DNA of 64,000 bases from the human T2T-CHM13v2.0 reference genome, Homo sapiens: the NCBI RefSeq assembly GCF_009914755.1, contig NC_060927.1; one strand, given 5' to 3'. The translations under genes were made by a program, and so were the position numbers. The notes beneath the pieces are model-generated. The model saw only the letters and a program-made list of their open reading frames with translations, was not told where the DNA came from and did no database searches. This document shows, piece after piece, positions 1 through 15,390 of the stretch (its first letter is position 1; each line of letters begins with the position of its first letter).

Positions 1-658
1 CATGGCTTATAAGTCATCTAAAAATAAATAAAGCAAATTATAGAAGTATTTTAGCCTTAAATAATGAAGACATAAGTTTGTTTCAAGTGATTAAATAGTG
101 AGAATTGTGTAAAGCCATTTCACTAGCGTCAAAAAACTCCTTTTGCTCTGTCCCCAACATAAAATTTGTGTGTAATATACTTGAAATTTTTAGAGCCTCT
201 GAAATGTTATCCAACTTATTTTCTTTAAGGATAAAATTATTTGTTTGAGAAACCCAGTTTCAAGAAAATGGCATTTTATCCTTACTTTGTGAAGCTTCCC
301 TACTCCTCTTCTTTCATCTAACTGGTGCTGCTAAAGCCTGATACACCTAGTCAAAGAAGCATTGTTCCAAAGGTCCTGACCTGGAATAAGAAAACAAAAA
401 CTGGCTTCATAGCTAGGATGACAACTGTAGCTCCATTATCACTGAATTGCTAACTTTGTTCTTATTCTCTCAAACTGTGGTTTTGCCAATGTGATACTCA
501 ATTACCTAAGAGGGGAGAAGTATGATTTCTTTATGATTTTAATACTCTTTCCTCTCATATTTTAAAATAGCTGGTTTTAGGCCAATAAGTGTCTACTCAA
601 AGAAATTCAAATCCTTATATAATTTAAGAATGCTGGAGGAGGTTTAAATATTCATGTA

Positions 659-3600
659 CGGTCATACTTCCATTTTATTCCACTTCACTTATATATACAT
701 AGCACTTAACAGGTAATTGTGTTTTTTATAAATTGAAGGTTTCTGGCAACCTTGCATTGAGGAAGTTCATTGGCACTATTTTTCCAAAATCATGTATTCA
801 CTTCATGTCTCTGTGTCACATTTTAGTAATTCTTGCAATGTTTCAAACTTTCCCATTATTATTATATCTGTTATGATGACCTGTGGTAATTTTTGATGTT
901 ACTATTGTAATTGTTGTGGGGTGCCCTGAATCATGCCCGCATTAGACAGAAAACTTAATGGATAAATGTGTGTGCTGACTTCTCCACTGACCAGTGATTT
1001 CCCCAGCTCTCTTCTCCTTGGGCCTTCCTATTTCTTGGGACACAATAGTACTGAAAGTAGTCCAATAATAACCCTACAATGGCCTGTAAATGTTCCAGTG
1101 AAAGAAAGAGTCATACATTCCTCTCTTTAAATCAAAAAATAGAAATGATTGTCCCTCTCCCTCTCCCTCTCCCTCTCCCTCACGGTCTCCCTCTGATGCC
1201 GAGCCAAAGCTGGATGGTACTGCTGCCATCTCGGCTCACTGCAACCTCCCTGCCTGATTCTCCTGCCTCAGCCTGCCGAGTGCCGCCACGCCTGACTGGT
1301 TTTCGTTTTTTTTTGGTGGAGACGGGGTTTCGCTGTGTTGGCCGGGCTGGTCTCCAGCTCCTAACCGCGAGTGATCCGCCAGCCTCGGCCTCCCGAGGTG
1401 CCGGGATTGCAGACGGAGTCTCGTTCACTCAGTGCTCAATGGTGCCCAGGCTGGAGTGCAGTGGCGTGATCTTGGCTCGCTACAACCTCCACCTCCCAGC
1501 CGCCTGCCTTGGCCTCCCAAAGAGCCGAGATTGCAGCCTCTGCCCGGCCGCCACCCCGTCTGGGAAGTGAGGAGCGTCTCTGCTTGGCCACCCATCGTCT
1601 GGGATATGAGGAGCCCCTCTGCCTGGCTGCCCAGTCTGGAAAGTGAGGAGCGTCTCTGCCCGGCCGCCATCCCATCTAGGAAGCGAGGAGCGCCTCTTCC
1701 CCGCCGCCATCACATCTAGGAAGTGAGGAGCGTCTCTGCCCGGCCGCCCATCGTCTGAGATGTGGGGAGCACCTCTGCCCTGCCGCCCTGTCTGGGATGT
1801 GAGGAGCGTCTCTGCCCGGCCGCTCCGTCTGAGAAGTGAGGAAACCCTCTGCCTGGCAACCGCCCCGTCTGAGAAGTGAGGAGCCCCTCCGTCCGGCAAC
1901 CACCCCGTCTGGGAAGTGAGGAGCGTCTCCGCCCGGCAGCCACCCCGTCCCGGAGGGAGGTGGGGGGGGTCAGCCCCCCGCCCGGCCAGCCGCCCCGGCC
2001 GGGAGGTGAGGGGCTCCTCTGCCCGGCCGCCCCTACTGGGAAGTGAGGACCCCTCTGCCCGGCCAGCCGCCCCATCCGGGAGGGAGGTGGGGGGGTCAGC
2101 CCCCCGCCCGGCCAGCTGCCCTGTCCGGGAGGTGAGGGGCTCCTCTGCCTGGCCGCCCCTACTGGGAAGTGAGGAGCCCCTCTGCCCGGCCAGTCGCCCC
2201 GTCCAGGAGGGAGGTGGGGGGGTCAGCCCCCGGCCTGGCCAGCCGCCCAGTCCGGGAGGGAGGTGGGGGGTCAGCCCCCCGCCTGGCCAGCCGCCCCGTC
2301 CGGGAGGTGAGGGGCGCCTCTGCCCGGCCGCCCCTACTGGGAAGTGAGGAGCCCCTCTGCCCGGCCAGCCGCCCCGCCCGGGAGGGAGGTGGGGGGTCAG
2401 CCCCCCGCCTGGCCAGCCGCCCCGTCCGGGAGGTGAGGGGCGCCTCTGCCCGGCCGCCCCTACTGGGAAGTGAGGACCCCTCTGCCCGGCCAGCCGCCCC
2501 GTCCGGGAGGGAGGTGGGGGGGACAGCCCCCCGCCCGGCCAGCCGCCCTATCCAGGAGGTGAGGGGCGCCTCTGCCCGGCCGCCCCTACTGGGAAGTGAG
2601 GAGCCCCTCTGCCTGGCCAGCCGCCCCGTCCGGGAGAGTGGTGGGGGGGTCAGCCCCCCGCCCGGCCAGCCGCCCCATCCGGGAGGTGAGGGGCGCTTCT
2701 GCCCCGCCGCCCCTACTGGGAAGTGAGGAGCCCCTCTGCCCGGCCACCACCCCGTCTGGGAGGTGTGCCCAGCGGCTCACTGGGGATGGGCCATGATGAC
2801 AATGGCGGTTTTGTGGAATAGAAAGGCGGGAAGGGTGGGGAAAAAATTGAGAAATCGCATGGTTGCCGGGTCTGTATGGATAGAAGTAGACATGGGAGAC
2901 TTTTCATTTTGTTCTGTACTAAGAAAAATTCTTCTGCCTTGGGATCCTGTTGATCTGTGACCTTATCCCCAACCCTGTGCTCTCTGAAACATGTGCTGTG
3001 TCCACTCAGGGTTAAATGGATTAAGGGCGGTGCAAGATGTGCTTTGTTAAACAGATGCTTGAAGGCAGCATGCTCGTTAAGAGTCATCACCACTCCCTAA
3101 TCTTAAGTACCCAGGGACACAAACACTGCGGAAGGCCGCAGGGTCCTCTGCCTAGGAAAATCAGAGACCTTTGTTCACTTGTTTATCTGCTGACCTTCCC
3201 TCCACTATTGTCCTATGACCCTGCCAAATCCCCCTCTGCGAGAAACACCCAAGAATGATCAATAAAAAATAAAAAAAAAAAAAAAAGAAATGATTAAGCT
3301 TAATGAGGAAGCATGTTGAAAGCTGAGGTAGGCTGAAAGCTAGGCCTCATGCATCAGTTAGCCAAGTTGTCAATACAAAGGAAAATTCTTGAAGGAAATT
3401 AAAAGTGCTACTCCAGTGAACACACAAATGATAAGAAAGCTAAACAGTATTTTTGCTGATGTGCAGGAAGTTTGAGCGGTCTGGATACAAGACCAAACCA
3501 GGCATACCATTCCTTTAGGCCAAAGTCTAATTCAGAGTAGGTCTCTAACTCTCTTGAATTCTGTGAAGGTTGAGAGAGGAGGGTTAGCTGCAGAAGAAAA

Positions 3601-5098
3601 GTTTGAATATAGCAGAGGTTGGTTCTTGAGGTTTAAGGAAAGAAGCAATCTCCATAACATAAAAGTACAAGGTGAAGCAGCAAGGAGTGATGGAGAAGTG
3701 GCAGCAAGTAATCCAGAAGACCTAGCTAAGATCATTGATGAAGGTGGCTATACTAAATAATAGATTTTCAATGTGGATAAAAAGCCACAGGCTGACTTTC
3801 TTGTTTGGAACCAGTACAGCTGTTGACTTTAAGTTGAAGCCAATGATGATTTATCATTCTGAAAATTCTAGGTCCCTAAAGAATGATGCTAAATCTACTT
3901 TGCTTGTGCTCTATCAATGGAACAACAGAGCCTGTAGGACAGCAGATCCATTTATAGCATGGCTTACTGAATATTTTAAGCCCACTGTTGAGACCTCAAA
4001 AAAAAAAATAGATTCCTTTCAAAATATTACTGCTCTTCACAGTGCAGCTAGTCACCCAAGAGCTCTGACATGAGGTAAAAGGAGAATAATGTTTTCATGT
4101 CTGCTGTCTGTTCTGCAGTCCATGGATCAAGGAAGAATTTTAACTTTCAAGTCTTATTATTTAAGAAACACATTTCATAAGGCTATAGCTACCATAGATA
4201 GTGATTCCTCTGATGGATCTGGGCAAAGTAAACTGAAAACTTTCCAGAGAGGATTCACCATTCTAGGTGTCACTAAAAACATTTGTGATTCATGAAAGGA
4301 GGACAAAGTGTCAACATTAACAGGAGTTTAGAAGAAGTTGATTCCAACCCTCATGGATGACTTTGAGGGATTCAAGACTTCAGTGGAGGAAGTAAGTACA
4401 GATGTGGTAGAAAGGGCAAGATAACTAGAAGTGGATCCTGAAGATGTTACTGAATTGCTGCAATTTCATGATAAACGTTGAACAGATGAGGAATTGCTTC
4501 CTCATAAGAAAACACAGAAAATGTTTTCTTATGATAGAACCTATTGCTGGGTAGATATGCTGTGAACATTGTTGAAATGATGACAAAGGATTTAGAGTAT
4601 TTTATAAACTGAGGTGATAAAGCAGTGGCAGGGTTTGAGAGGACTGACTCCAATTTTGAAAGAGGTTCTACTATGCTACTAAACAGCATCAGACAATACA
4701 GAGAAATCATTTGTGCAAGGAAGAGTCAATTGATGCACCAAACTTTATTATTGTTTTATTTTAGGAAATTGCCACCGCCACTTCAACTTTCAGCAACCAC
4801 CGCCCTGATCAGTCAATAGCCATTAACGTCAAGGCAAGATCCCCTACCAGCCAAAATATTATGACTCATTGATGGTTCAGATGATCATTAACATTCTTTA
4901 GCAATAAAGTATTTTTTAACTAAGGTATATACATTTTTTTAGACTTGCTATTGAATACTTAATAGACTACAATACAGTGTAAACATAAATTTTGTATGCA
5001 CTGGGAAACCAAAAAATTTGTGTGACTTTCTGTATTGTGATATTTGCTTTATTGTGGTGGTCTCAAACCAAGCTCACAATATCTCTGAGTTATCCCTG
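659..5098 (+). mobile_element. Tigger1 DNA transposon (pogo/Tigger), near full length, split by the SVA (parts 659-1150 and 3296-5098)
   Basis: Degenerate TIRs (CGGTCATACTTC... and ...CAATATCTCTGAGTTATCCCTG) flanked by TA at 657-658 and 5099-5100. Transposase remnants: MACKCSSERKSH...NQKIEMI at 1079, [41 protein letters not shown]; multiple stops and frameshifts. Confidence 0.93.
1151..3285 (+). mobile_element. Full-length SVA retrotransposon, probably SVA_E
   Basis: (CCCTCT)n head, Alu-like domain, GC-rich VNTR ~1550-2760, SINE-R, AATAAA at 3261 plus polyA. TSD AGAAATGATT at 1141-1150 and 3286-3295. SINE-R variants (CCCAGCGGCTCA, GCCGGGTCTG..GGATAGAAG) resemble my recollection of SVA_E. Confidence 0.95.
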
Positions 5099-5180
5099 TA
5101 CATTCTTATTCACTCTTAGAATTGAGTACTATTGGCATGATCAAAATATTTTTAGATGAAAGCTTAATGCTTCTTGTAAA

Positions 5181-5348
5181 CAGTGCTGAAACTTTAGCAT
5201 GCATTGGAATCACCTAAAGGACTAATTAAAACAGAATGCTGGGCCCCACCTCCAGAGTTTCTAATACAGTAGGACTGAGGTGGGGCCCAAGAGTCTGCAT
5301 TTCTAAAAAAATTCCAGGTGGGAGGGACCACACTTTCAGAACCACTGT
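5181..5348. mobile_element. MER5A (hAT-Charlie MITE)
   Basis: CAGTG...AATCACC...CTGGGCCCCACC..CAGAGTTTCT...TGGGGCCC...GACCACACTTT..GAACCACTG. Confidence 0.8.
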
Positions 5349-5566
5349 TGCAGATCATTTGATGATGTATATTTCCAAAATCAAAGCTGACAGGGCTTGT
5401 CATACCTACTCAAGAATAGCATGTATGCTGCTTAGAAGATGGTAAGTCATTGTCAAAGCCAGAGGGATACTAATGATGACTTAGAGTTTCACAGGTTCTT
5501 AATTGACCATTTTCATTCACCTTGGCTGATGCCTAGTGTTACTTAATGCTTAGTAAGAAATCTTTA

Positions 5567-5868
<302 letters not shown>

Positions 5869-6298
5869 TCTTTAAGCAATGTCTTGGCCCTAAGAATATA
5901 ATCTAAAATATGTTCTTATGTTTATATCATCTTCGATAGCTGATTAAAGTGATGTAGCAACTGAGAATTTCAATTGTTGATTTAAATCATGGAATATACA
6001 AAAAGATATAATCCTTGTTAGGTCCTGCATACTTTCTAAAGCCATTATGAGGTCTTAATTAAAAGAAACAAAGAATAAAACCCTCATTTTTTCCCTAGCC
6101 CTTACTCTGCTTATTGTTTAAACATAATTATAAAGACTCTGAATAACAAAAATTTAACTGGAAAGATGAAATCAGTATTCTTAATACTACTTAGTGGCTT
6201 TTAGGTTTAGGACATATGTTTAATATGTATTCTGTTGATTTTTCAATAGATCATGTTAATTAACATGTCTCAATTACCTATTGAATAATGTCTCTAAA

Positions 6299-6708
<410 letters not shown>

Positions 6709-7655
6709 TGAGCAGTACTTTTCAACTCTGAGAAGATAAACCCAAGGGATTCTAGAAGAGGGTCTGCTTGGAGAATAATTTCTCCAGTAATGGTATCTGA
6801 AGGTTGAATAAAAACAAGTGAATAGATGTAGATATTGACTAAGAGTGACTAAGAAAGACAATTACCTTATTAATTAATACAATCTTGAGTGTCATCAAAT
6901 TAGCTATGGGGCATATATCCTACACTCAGAAATTAGGCACTATTAAAGTTAAAGGGGGCCACACTGAATTGAAAGAGGCAAGAATTTAACAAACAAAATG
7001 ATAAACTACAAAAGGTAACTAAATAAACAGAGCAGCTTCTTATATATTCTCCAATAAGGCATTGTGGAAACATTGAGGGATGGAGGGATACCCAAGCCAA
7101 GATGGGTATTAGACTGCTAACTTTGACATTAAACACTGAGAAATTCTTGAGCAGGGAGCTTCCTTTGTATGAGTCTCATCTTCATCACCTTTAAGAAGCA
7201 ATTAATGAAATCTAGTCTGCTTACTTCGCAATGTTTTGAGCATTAAATTTAATTATATACAAATATGTACTTTTGGTGTCTGTTCAGTGAGAATTGATTC
7301 TCACTTCCCTAAAAGTAATTTAAACGTTTTAATCAAATGTGTAATGTTGACATCTTTACCTTTCCAAGTACTTTTGTACTTTTCCAGGGTTAAAATAACA
7401 TTTTTGTCATTTAAATGAGGAAAAAATATAAGTTTTTTAAAAACTCAAATGTCATAGCTTTTTAACTGTTCTAATTGTGTCTGCTAATAGAAACAAGTTG
7501 ATGTGCAAACCACAAAATAATAAATATTTTTGCCTAGCTTTTGGGAAAAAGAAAAGACTATAGTATACTTTAAGTAAGTGTAAATTTAGTTTCATTTTAG
7601 CAATTCCATAGTCGAATCTGTCACTAAGTAATCATTAGTTAAAGAAAAAAAATCT

Positions 7656-7980
<325 letters not shown>

Positions 7981-8609
7981 CTAGTGCCCAGGGCATGCAA
8001 CTATATAAGTAAAAATTCTAAAAGATCATCAATGTTTAAGAATAAAATACAGTCAGTTATATAATTTTAAAATATTTCTAATGAGTGATAAGGAAAACTT
8101 GTCAATGGAATTTCTGAAGTCAATAGCCAATTTTTAACTTTATCTGCTAATATGGCAATTATTTAACTTAAAAAACAGACACACTTCTTATTCAGTTTTT
8201 GGACATCTTATTCTGTAACTTCCTATTGATTAACATCGCCTTTAACATTTTAAGTACTTGTCGTAACATTTTATCATTTGAATAATTCATATTGTATTAT
8301 ACTCTTCACTTTTATAGGAACAATCATCAACCAACATTTTAACCTATTAATCTAAACTAAATTTTTTCCTCTCATTTAATCTATCAATTAAGATTCTTCT
8401 GATTGTATGTAACAGAAAATGTAGTTCATTTATTATCTCACATTAGAGGAAGTCTAGTGGTAGGGCAGGCCCCAGAGTTGGTTTATTTGTTAGCTTAATT
8501 ATGTATTAAAGGACTTGGCTTCTTCGAGTCACTACTTTGCCATTCTTAGTATTGTCTTTTCTCAGGGGAAGGGTAGAAGGAGGGATAAAAAGGTGGCTGC
8601 TGTACTTCC

Positions 8610-8770
8610 AAGCATTCAGAATCATTGAAAAGTCTTGCTAAATCAGACTGCTGCATCTAATCCCCAGAATTTGATTCAGTAGGACTCGCCGGAGTGTGAG
8701 AATTTGCATTTCTAATAAATTCCCAGGTGATGCTGATGCTGCTCATAGTAAAGCCACACTGAGAAATATT
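8610..8770. mobile_element. MER5-like MITE fragment
   Basis: AGAATTTGCATTTCTAATAAATTCCCAGGTGATGCTGATGCTGC...CCACACTGAGAA. Confidence 0.65.
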
Positions 8771-11148
8771 AACTTAGACTAATGATCTTGGAAACGAATG
8801 GATTTTTTCTTTTCTTTTTAGTTCACATGTAATAGTTGTATTTATTTATGCAACACAGAATGATATTTTGATACATCTGTACTATGTGTAATCATCAAGT
8901 AAGGGCAATTAGCATATCCCTCACCTCAAAAATTTATGATTTCTTTTTGTTGGGAACATTCCAAATCCTCTCTTCCAGTTTTTTAAAAATATGCAGTAAA
9001 TTGTTGTTAACTATACTCATCCCACAGTGCTATAAAACACTGTAATGTATTTCTCCTATCTAGCTGTAATTTTGTATCCATTAACCAACCTCTCCCTATT
9101 CCTCCCCTCCAACTACATTTACCAGCCTCTAGTAACCACTATTCTACTATTTACTTCTATGAGTTCAACTTTTGAGCTCATGTATGGGTGTGAACATGTG
9201 TTATTTATCTTTTTGTGCCTTATTTATTTCACTTAACATAACATCCTCCAGGTTCATCCATGTTGCCATGAATGACAGGACTTAATTCTTATTTATAACT
9301 GAATCGTTTTCTATTGTGTATATATACCACATTTTCTCTATCCAGTCATCTGTTGATGGACTTGTAGTTTGATTCCATTATCTTGGCTATTGTGGATAAT
9401 GCTACAATAAACATGGGGGTGTAGATACCTCTTCAATATACTGATTTGCTTTTCTTTGGATAGGTACCCGGTAGTGCTGAATCACATGATAGTTCTATTT
9501 TTAGTTTTTTGAGGAACCTCCATACTGTTTTCCATAACGGCTGTACAAATTTACAATCACACTAATACTGTATGAGTTTCCCTTCTTCTGTATCCTCACT
9601 GGCATTTGTTAGTTTTTGTCTTTTTGACAATAGTCATTCTAACAAGTGTGAGGTGATATCTCATCGTGGTTTTGATTTGCATTTCTCTGATGATTAGTGA
9701 TGTCGAGTGTTTTTTTTTTTTATGTACTTGTTGGCCATTTGCTTTGAGAAGTGTCTTTAGATCATTTGCCCATTTTTAAATCAAAATATTTGAGTTTTTT
9801 TTGGAGTTATTTTTTGAGCTGTTGGTTTTTTTCAGTTCCTTGTATATCCTGGATATTTTGTCAGGTAAATAGTTTGCAAATATTTATTTCCATTCTACAG
9901 GTTGTCTCTTCATTTTGTTGATGATACTCTTTGTTGTGCAGAGGCTTTTAGTTTGATATAGTACCACTTGTCTATTTTTATTTTTGTTCCCTGTACTCTT
10001 GAAGTCTTACCCATAAAATTTTTTCCTAGACCAATGTCCAGAAGCATTTTCCCTGTTTTCTTCTAGTAGTTTTAGGGCTTTGTGTCTTACATTTAATTAT
10101 TTAATCCATATTGGGTTCATTTTTATATATGCTGAGAGTTAGGGGTCTAATTTAATTCTTCTTTAATATGAATATCCAGTTTTCCCAACACCATTTATTG
10201 AAAAGGATGTTCTTTCACTAGTGTATGTTCTTGTCTTCTTTTCTGAAAATTAGTTGGCTGTAAATAGTTGGATTCATTTCTAGGTCCTCTATTCTGTTCT
10301 ATTTGTCCTTGTTTCTGTTTTTATCTTGCTGTTTTGGTCACTAAAATTTTGTAGTGTATTTTGAAGCCAGATACAGTGATGCATCCAGGTTTGTTCTTTT
10401 TGCTTAGGATTGCTTTGGTTCCTCAGGATCTTTTGTGTTTCCACATGAATTTTAAGACTGTTTTTTCTATTTCTATGAAGAATGTCGTTGGTATTTTAAT
10501 TGGAAATGCATTGAATCTGTAGCTTGAGTAATATGGTCATTTTAACAATACTAATTCTTTCAATTCATGAGCATAGGATGTCTTTCCATTGTTTTTGTGT
10601 CCTCTACTATTTGTTTCATCAGCATTTTATAGTTTTCATTGTAGAGGTCTTTCACCTCCTTGGTTAAATTTATTACTAGGGGTTTTTTGTAGCTAGTATA
10701 AATGGAATTGCTTTCTTGATTTCTTTTTATTGTTGTTGTTATTGGCATACAGAAATGCTACTGATTTTTGTATGTTGATTTTGTTTCCTACAAGTTTACT
10801 GAATTTGTTTATTCGTTCTAAAAGTACTTTGGTGGAGTATTTAGGTTTTTCTGTATATAAGATCATGTTATCTGCAAACAGGGACAATTTGACTTCCTGT
10901 TTTTGAATTTGGATGCTGTTTATTTATTTCTCTTGCCTAATCTATTTTGTCTGATATAAGTATAGCTACTCCTATATACTTTTGGTTTTCATTTGTGTGG
11001 AATACATTTTTCCATTCCTTCACTCACAGTCTTTGTCTGTTTTTAAAGGTGACAAGAGTTTCTTGTAGGCAGCATAAAGTTGGGTTTTGTTTTTGCTTAT
11101 TCATTCAGCCAGTCTTTATCTTTCAATTGGGGGGATTTAAAATGTTTA

Positions 11149-12120
11149 AAAGAAACTACCATCAGAGTGAACAGGCAACCTACAGAATGGGAGAAAATTT
11201 TTACAATCTACCCATCTGACAAAGGGCTAATATCCAGAATCTACCAAGGACTTAAACAAATTTACAAGAAAAAATCAAACAACCCCATCAAAGAGTGGGC
11301 AAAGGATATGAACAGACACTTCTCAAAAGAAGACATTTATGCAGCCGACAGACCCATGAAAAAATGCTCATCATCACTGGACATCAGAGAAATGCAAATC
11401 AAAACCACAATGAGATACCATCTCACACCAGTTAGAACGGGATCATTAAAAAGTTAGGAAACAACAGGTGCTGGAGAGGATGTGGAGAAACAGGAACACT
11501 TTTACACTGTTGGTGGGACTGTAAACTAGTTCAACCATTGTGGAAGTCAGTGTGGCGATTCCTCAGGGATCTAGAACTAGAAATATCATTTGACCTAGCC
11601 ATCCCATTACTGGGTATATATCCAAAGGATTATAAATCATGCTGCTGTAAAGACACATGCACGTGTATGTTTATTGCGGCACTATTCACAATAGCAAAGA
11701 CTTGGAACCAACCCAAATGTCCAACAGTGATAGACTGGATTAAGAAAATGTGGCACATATACACCATGGAATATTATGTAGCCATAAAAAAGGATGAGCT
11801 CATGTCCTTTGTAGGGACATGGATGAAGCTGGACACCATCATTCTGAGCAAACTATCACAAGGACACAAAACCAAACACTGCATGTTCTCACTCATGGGT
11901 GGGAATTGAACAATGAGAACACTTGGACACAGAGTGGGGAACATCACACACTGGGGCCTGTCGTGGGGTGGGGGGAGGGGGGAGGGATAGCATTAGGAGA
12001 TATACTTAATGTAAATGACGAGTTAATGGGTGCAGCACACCAAGATGGCACATGTATACATATGTAACAAACCTGCAGGTTTTGCACATGTACCCTAGAA
12101 CTTAAAGTATAATAAAAAAA
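11149..12120 (+). mobile_element. 5'-truncated L1PA (about L1PA4-6)
   Basis: ORF2 C-terminus ([11 protein letters not shown]...CMFSLMGGN), G-rich 3'UTR, polyA; TSD TAAAATGTTTA at 11138-11148 and 12124-12134. Confidence 0.93.
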
Positions 12121-12892
12121 TCATAAAATGTTTAGCCCTAAGGTTGCTATTAATAAATGAGAATTTACTTCTGTCATTTTGTTAATTGTTTTCGGAATGT
12201 TTTGTGTACCCTTTGTTTCTTTTTGTTTTTCTTTGCAGTTTAATGATTTTCTGTAGTGATAATGTTTAGTTCCTTTTTCTGTCTTATTTTTGTATCTGTT
12301 CTACCAGTGAATTTTACACTATTGTGTGTTTTCTTGATGGTAAATATGACATTGTCCTTTAGCTTCCAAATGTGGGACTTTCTTAAGCATTTTTTGGAGG
12401 GGTATTGATGAGTTTCCTGTTTTTGGTTTCTGGAAAATACTTTATTTCTCCTTCATTTCTGAAAGTTAGCTTTGCTGGGTATAGTATTCTTGCCTGACAA
12501 TTTCTTTCTTTCAGCACTTTGAATATATTATCCCATTCTCTCCTGGCCTATAAGGTTTCTGCTGAGAAATATGCTATTATTCTGATGGGGATTCCTTTAG
12601 ATATGACTTGATGCTTATCTCTTGCTGTTTTCAGAATTCTTTCTTCAACTTTTGGCAATGTAACTATAATGCATTTCAAATAGAACCTTTTTGTGTTGAA
12701 TTTATTTGGAGATCTTTGAGCTTCCAGTATCTGGATGTCTATATCACTCCTAAAATTTGGGAATTTTTCAGCTATTATTTTATTAAATTACATTTCTTTC
12801 TGTTGGGACCATTCAACATACACTTTCTAGCTATTTGAAACTATATAAGTATTGTTTATTTCATACATTGGGTTCTTCAGTTTTAATATATA

Positions 12893-13192
12893 TATATTTT
12901 TTGACAGAGTCTCACTCTGTTGCCCAGGCTGGATGCAATGGCACAATCTTGGCTTACTGCTACCTCTGCCTCCTGGGTCCCAGTTCAAGCAATTCTCCTT
13001 CCTCAGCCTCCTGAGTAGCTGGGATTACAGGCACATGCCACCATGCACAGCTAATTTTTGTATTTTTATTTTTTAATAGAGGCAGCGTTTCTCCATGTTG
13101 GCCAGGCTAGTCTTGAACTCCTGACCTCATGATCCACCTGCCTCAGCCTCCCAAAGTGCTGGGATTACAGGTGTGAATCACCATGCCTGGCT
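12893..13192 (-). mobile_element. AluS
   Basis: Antisense dimeric Alu. Confidence 0.9.
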
Positions 13193-15016
13193 GATATTTC
13201 TGTTTTTTTCTCTTTTTTTAATGAAATGTACCTCTGTTGAATTTTTCATTCAGATCCTGAATTGTTTTCTTGATTTTATTGTATTGTTTATCTGTATTTG
13301 TTTGCATTTCACTGAGTTTTCTGAAGATAATTATTTTGAATTTCTTTTCAAGCATTTCATGCATTTCCTTTTTTGGTATTCTGCTACTGAAGAATTACCG
13401 TTGTTTTTTGGTGCTGTTATATTTCCTTGCTTTTTCATGTTATTTTGTTTCTCTATGTTAATATCTGTGCATCTGGTGTAACCGTTGTTTTCTTCCAATT
13501 TTATACAGTATCTTTCATAGAAAAAGACTTTTTCCTATAGATGTATTCATAATGTAAGTTGGGTAGAGTGCTTTGGCTTTCATTCTGGGTGGGTGCGATA
13601 GTACAGTCTCTGTATAATTTCTTTGGCTGTCATCAACATCAGTGGTGTCTGCAAGTTCCTCAGTGGCTTAGATTGCAGTTGTCTGTGGGAAAGCTGTGCT
13701 GGATGGGGATGCCAGGTGAGATGATCCTTGGGCCCCTGGGCAGCACATGGGTGCATGATGACCTCATCGCTGGAATGGGCTGGGTTGCTGGCAGAAGTGA
13801 TAGTGAACCCTCATGTGGTCTGGTCCTTTAACCCCTATTTGGTGTGGTGGTGGCAGCAGGTACCTAGGAGGAGTGCAAAGGTGTTCATGGTGGCTGGGAA
13901 TGGATGTTTGAGGATTACTTATGACATTCATTAAAAGATATACTATAATTATCATTTGGAAAATTACAGAGTTCCCTTTACTCACCTCAAAGGGCCTGGT
14001 GTCATTTTTAGTTTGTAAGCCTCCTGTTAAATATTCTACACTGGGACACTGCTCATTTAAAATACCAATATTTCTAGTAGTTGATGTAGTAGTTTTGCAG
14101 AAAATAGTTTTGCATTCAGATGTTTGAATTGGGAGCTTGATTGGGTCAGTTCAAGCCCCAAATTTTCACCTCAGCTTACCTGTTCCCACTCATAGGAAGT
14201 TTTACCCCTCCAAATCCTCATTTTTCCAATTCGCCTAAATATTGGACATTTAGAACTATTAAAAACTTAAAATATGATACAGGCTACAAAAGCATTACCT
14301 TCTATAATCAAGGAAGAAAAATAAGGTTGTCCAAAGGCATACTGTAAATGCTTCTAATCCAATTTTCCACCTGATCTTTGATTGTAGCAATAAATTTTCT
14401 AAGCTAAAGGATTAACAATTTGCTTGTGTTGCAAAAACTCTTTCCTGCCAATTTGTAATTACCCTTCTCTATCATTTATCTCATAAACTATATTGCCAAA
14501 TTGTAATTTCCCCTTTTTCATTATCTATTTCAAAAACCATCTCATTGATATGGGTTCTGTATCTCCCATAGTATGCTCAGTGGGACTAGTGGTCTGTTTG
14601 GATGATTGTCCTGGGCTAAACTGCAGGATCCTCATAAAGCCTTGGGGCTGTTTATCTCACTCTCCAATTTATTATCATAATGGCATTTTGTGCCTTTTTC
14701 CTCATTTATTTGCACAATAGGAAGCACAGTGGAGAGAGATGATTTCTGCAGGGGGCCTGGAAGGACAGGGGACAAGTTCAGACACAGAAGAAAGCTTTGC
14801 AGAAAATATCTGACTTCCAGCAGTTACTGGGATAGAAAACTTTTAAGTGCAAAATGTACTATTTTGGAGGTATGAGGAAATGCTACCTTTCCCAAAGCAC
14901 TCCCACATCCCAGTGTGCAGCAGGATAAAGAGAGACTGAAAATGTTTCTGATATGAAATTGATACAGCATTTAAATGGAGGGAGGAGGCCTAGGCTATTA
15001 ATGCAAACACAGCTAG

Positions 15017-15390
<374 letters not shown>

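Larger units (their letters stand above)
8815..13900 (-). mobile_element. Old L1 (L1MA-type), internally deleted, with nested L1PA and Alu
   Basis: L1MA-type 3' end at 8815; ORF2 remnants ([28 protein letters not shown]); ORF1/5'UTR-like sequence 12350-13900. Confidence 0.85.

Noticed and set aside
1550-2760. Regularly spaced repeats resembling a CRISPR array
   Set aside because: SVA VNTR in a eukaryotic genome; no unique spacers and no cas genes
1425-3258. Many overlapping Pro/Arg/Gly-rich ORFs
   Set aside because: By-products of the stop-poor SVA VNTR and SINE-R
3296-4820. Domesticated TIGD1-like transposase gene
   Set aside because: Multiple stops and frameshifts, an internal deletion and SVA disruption
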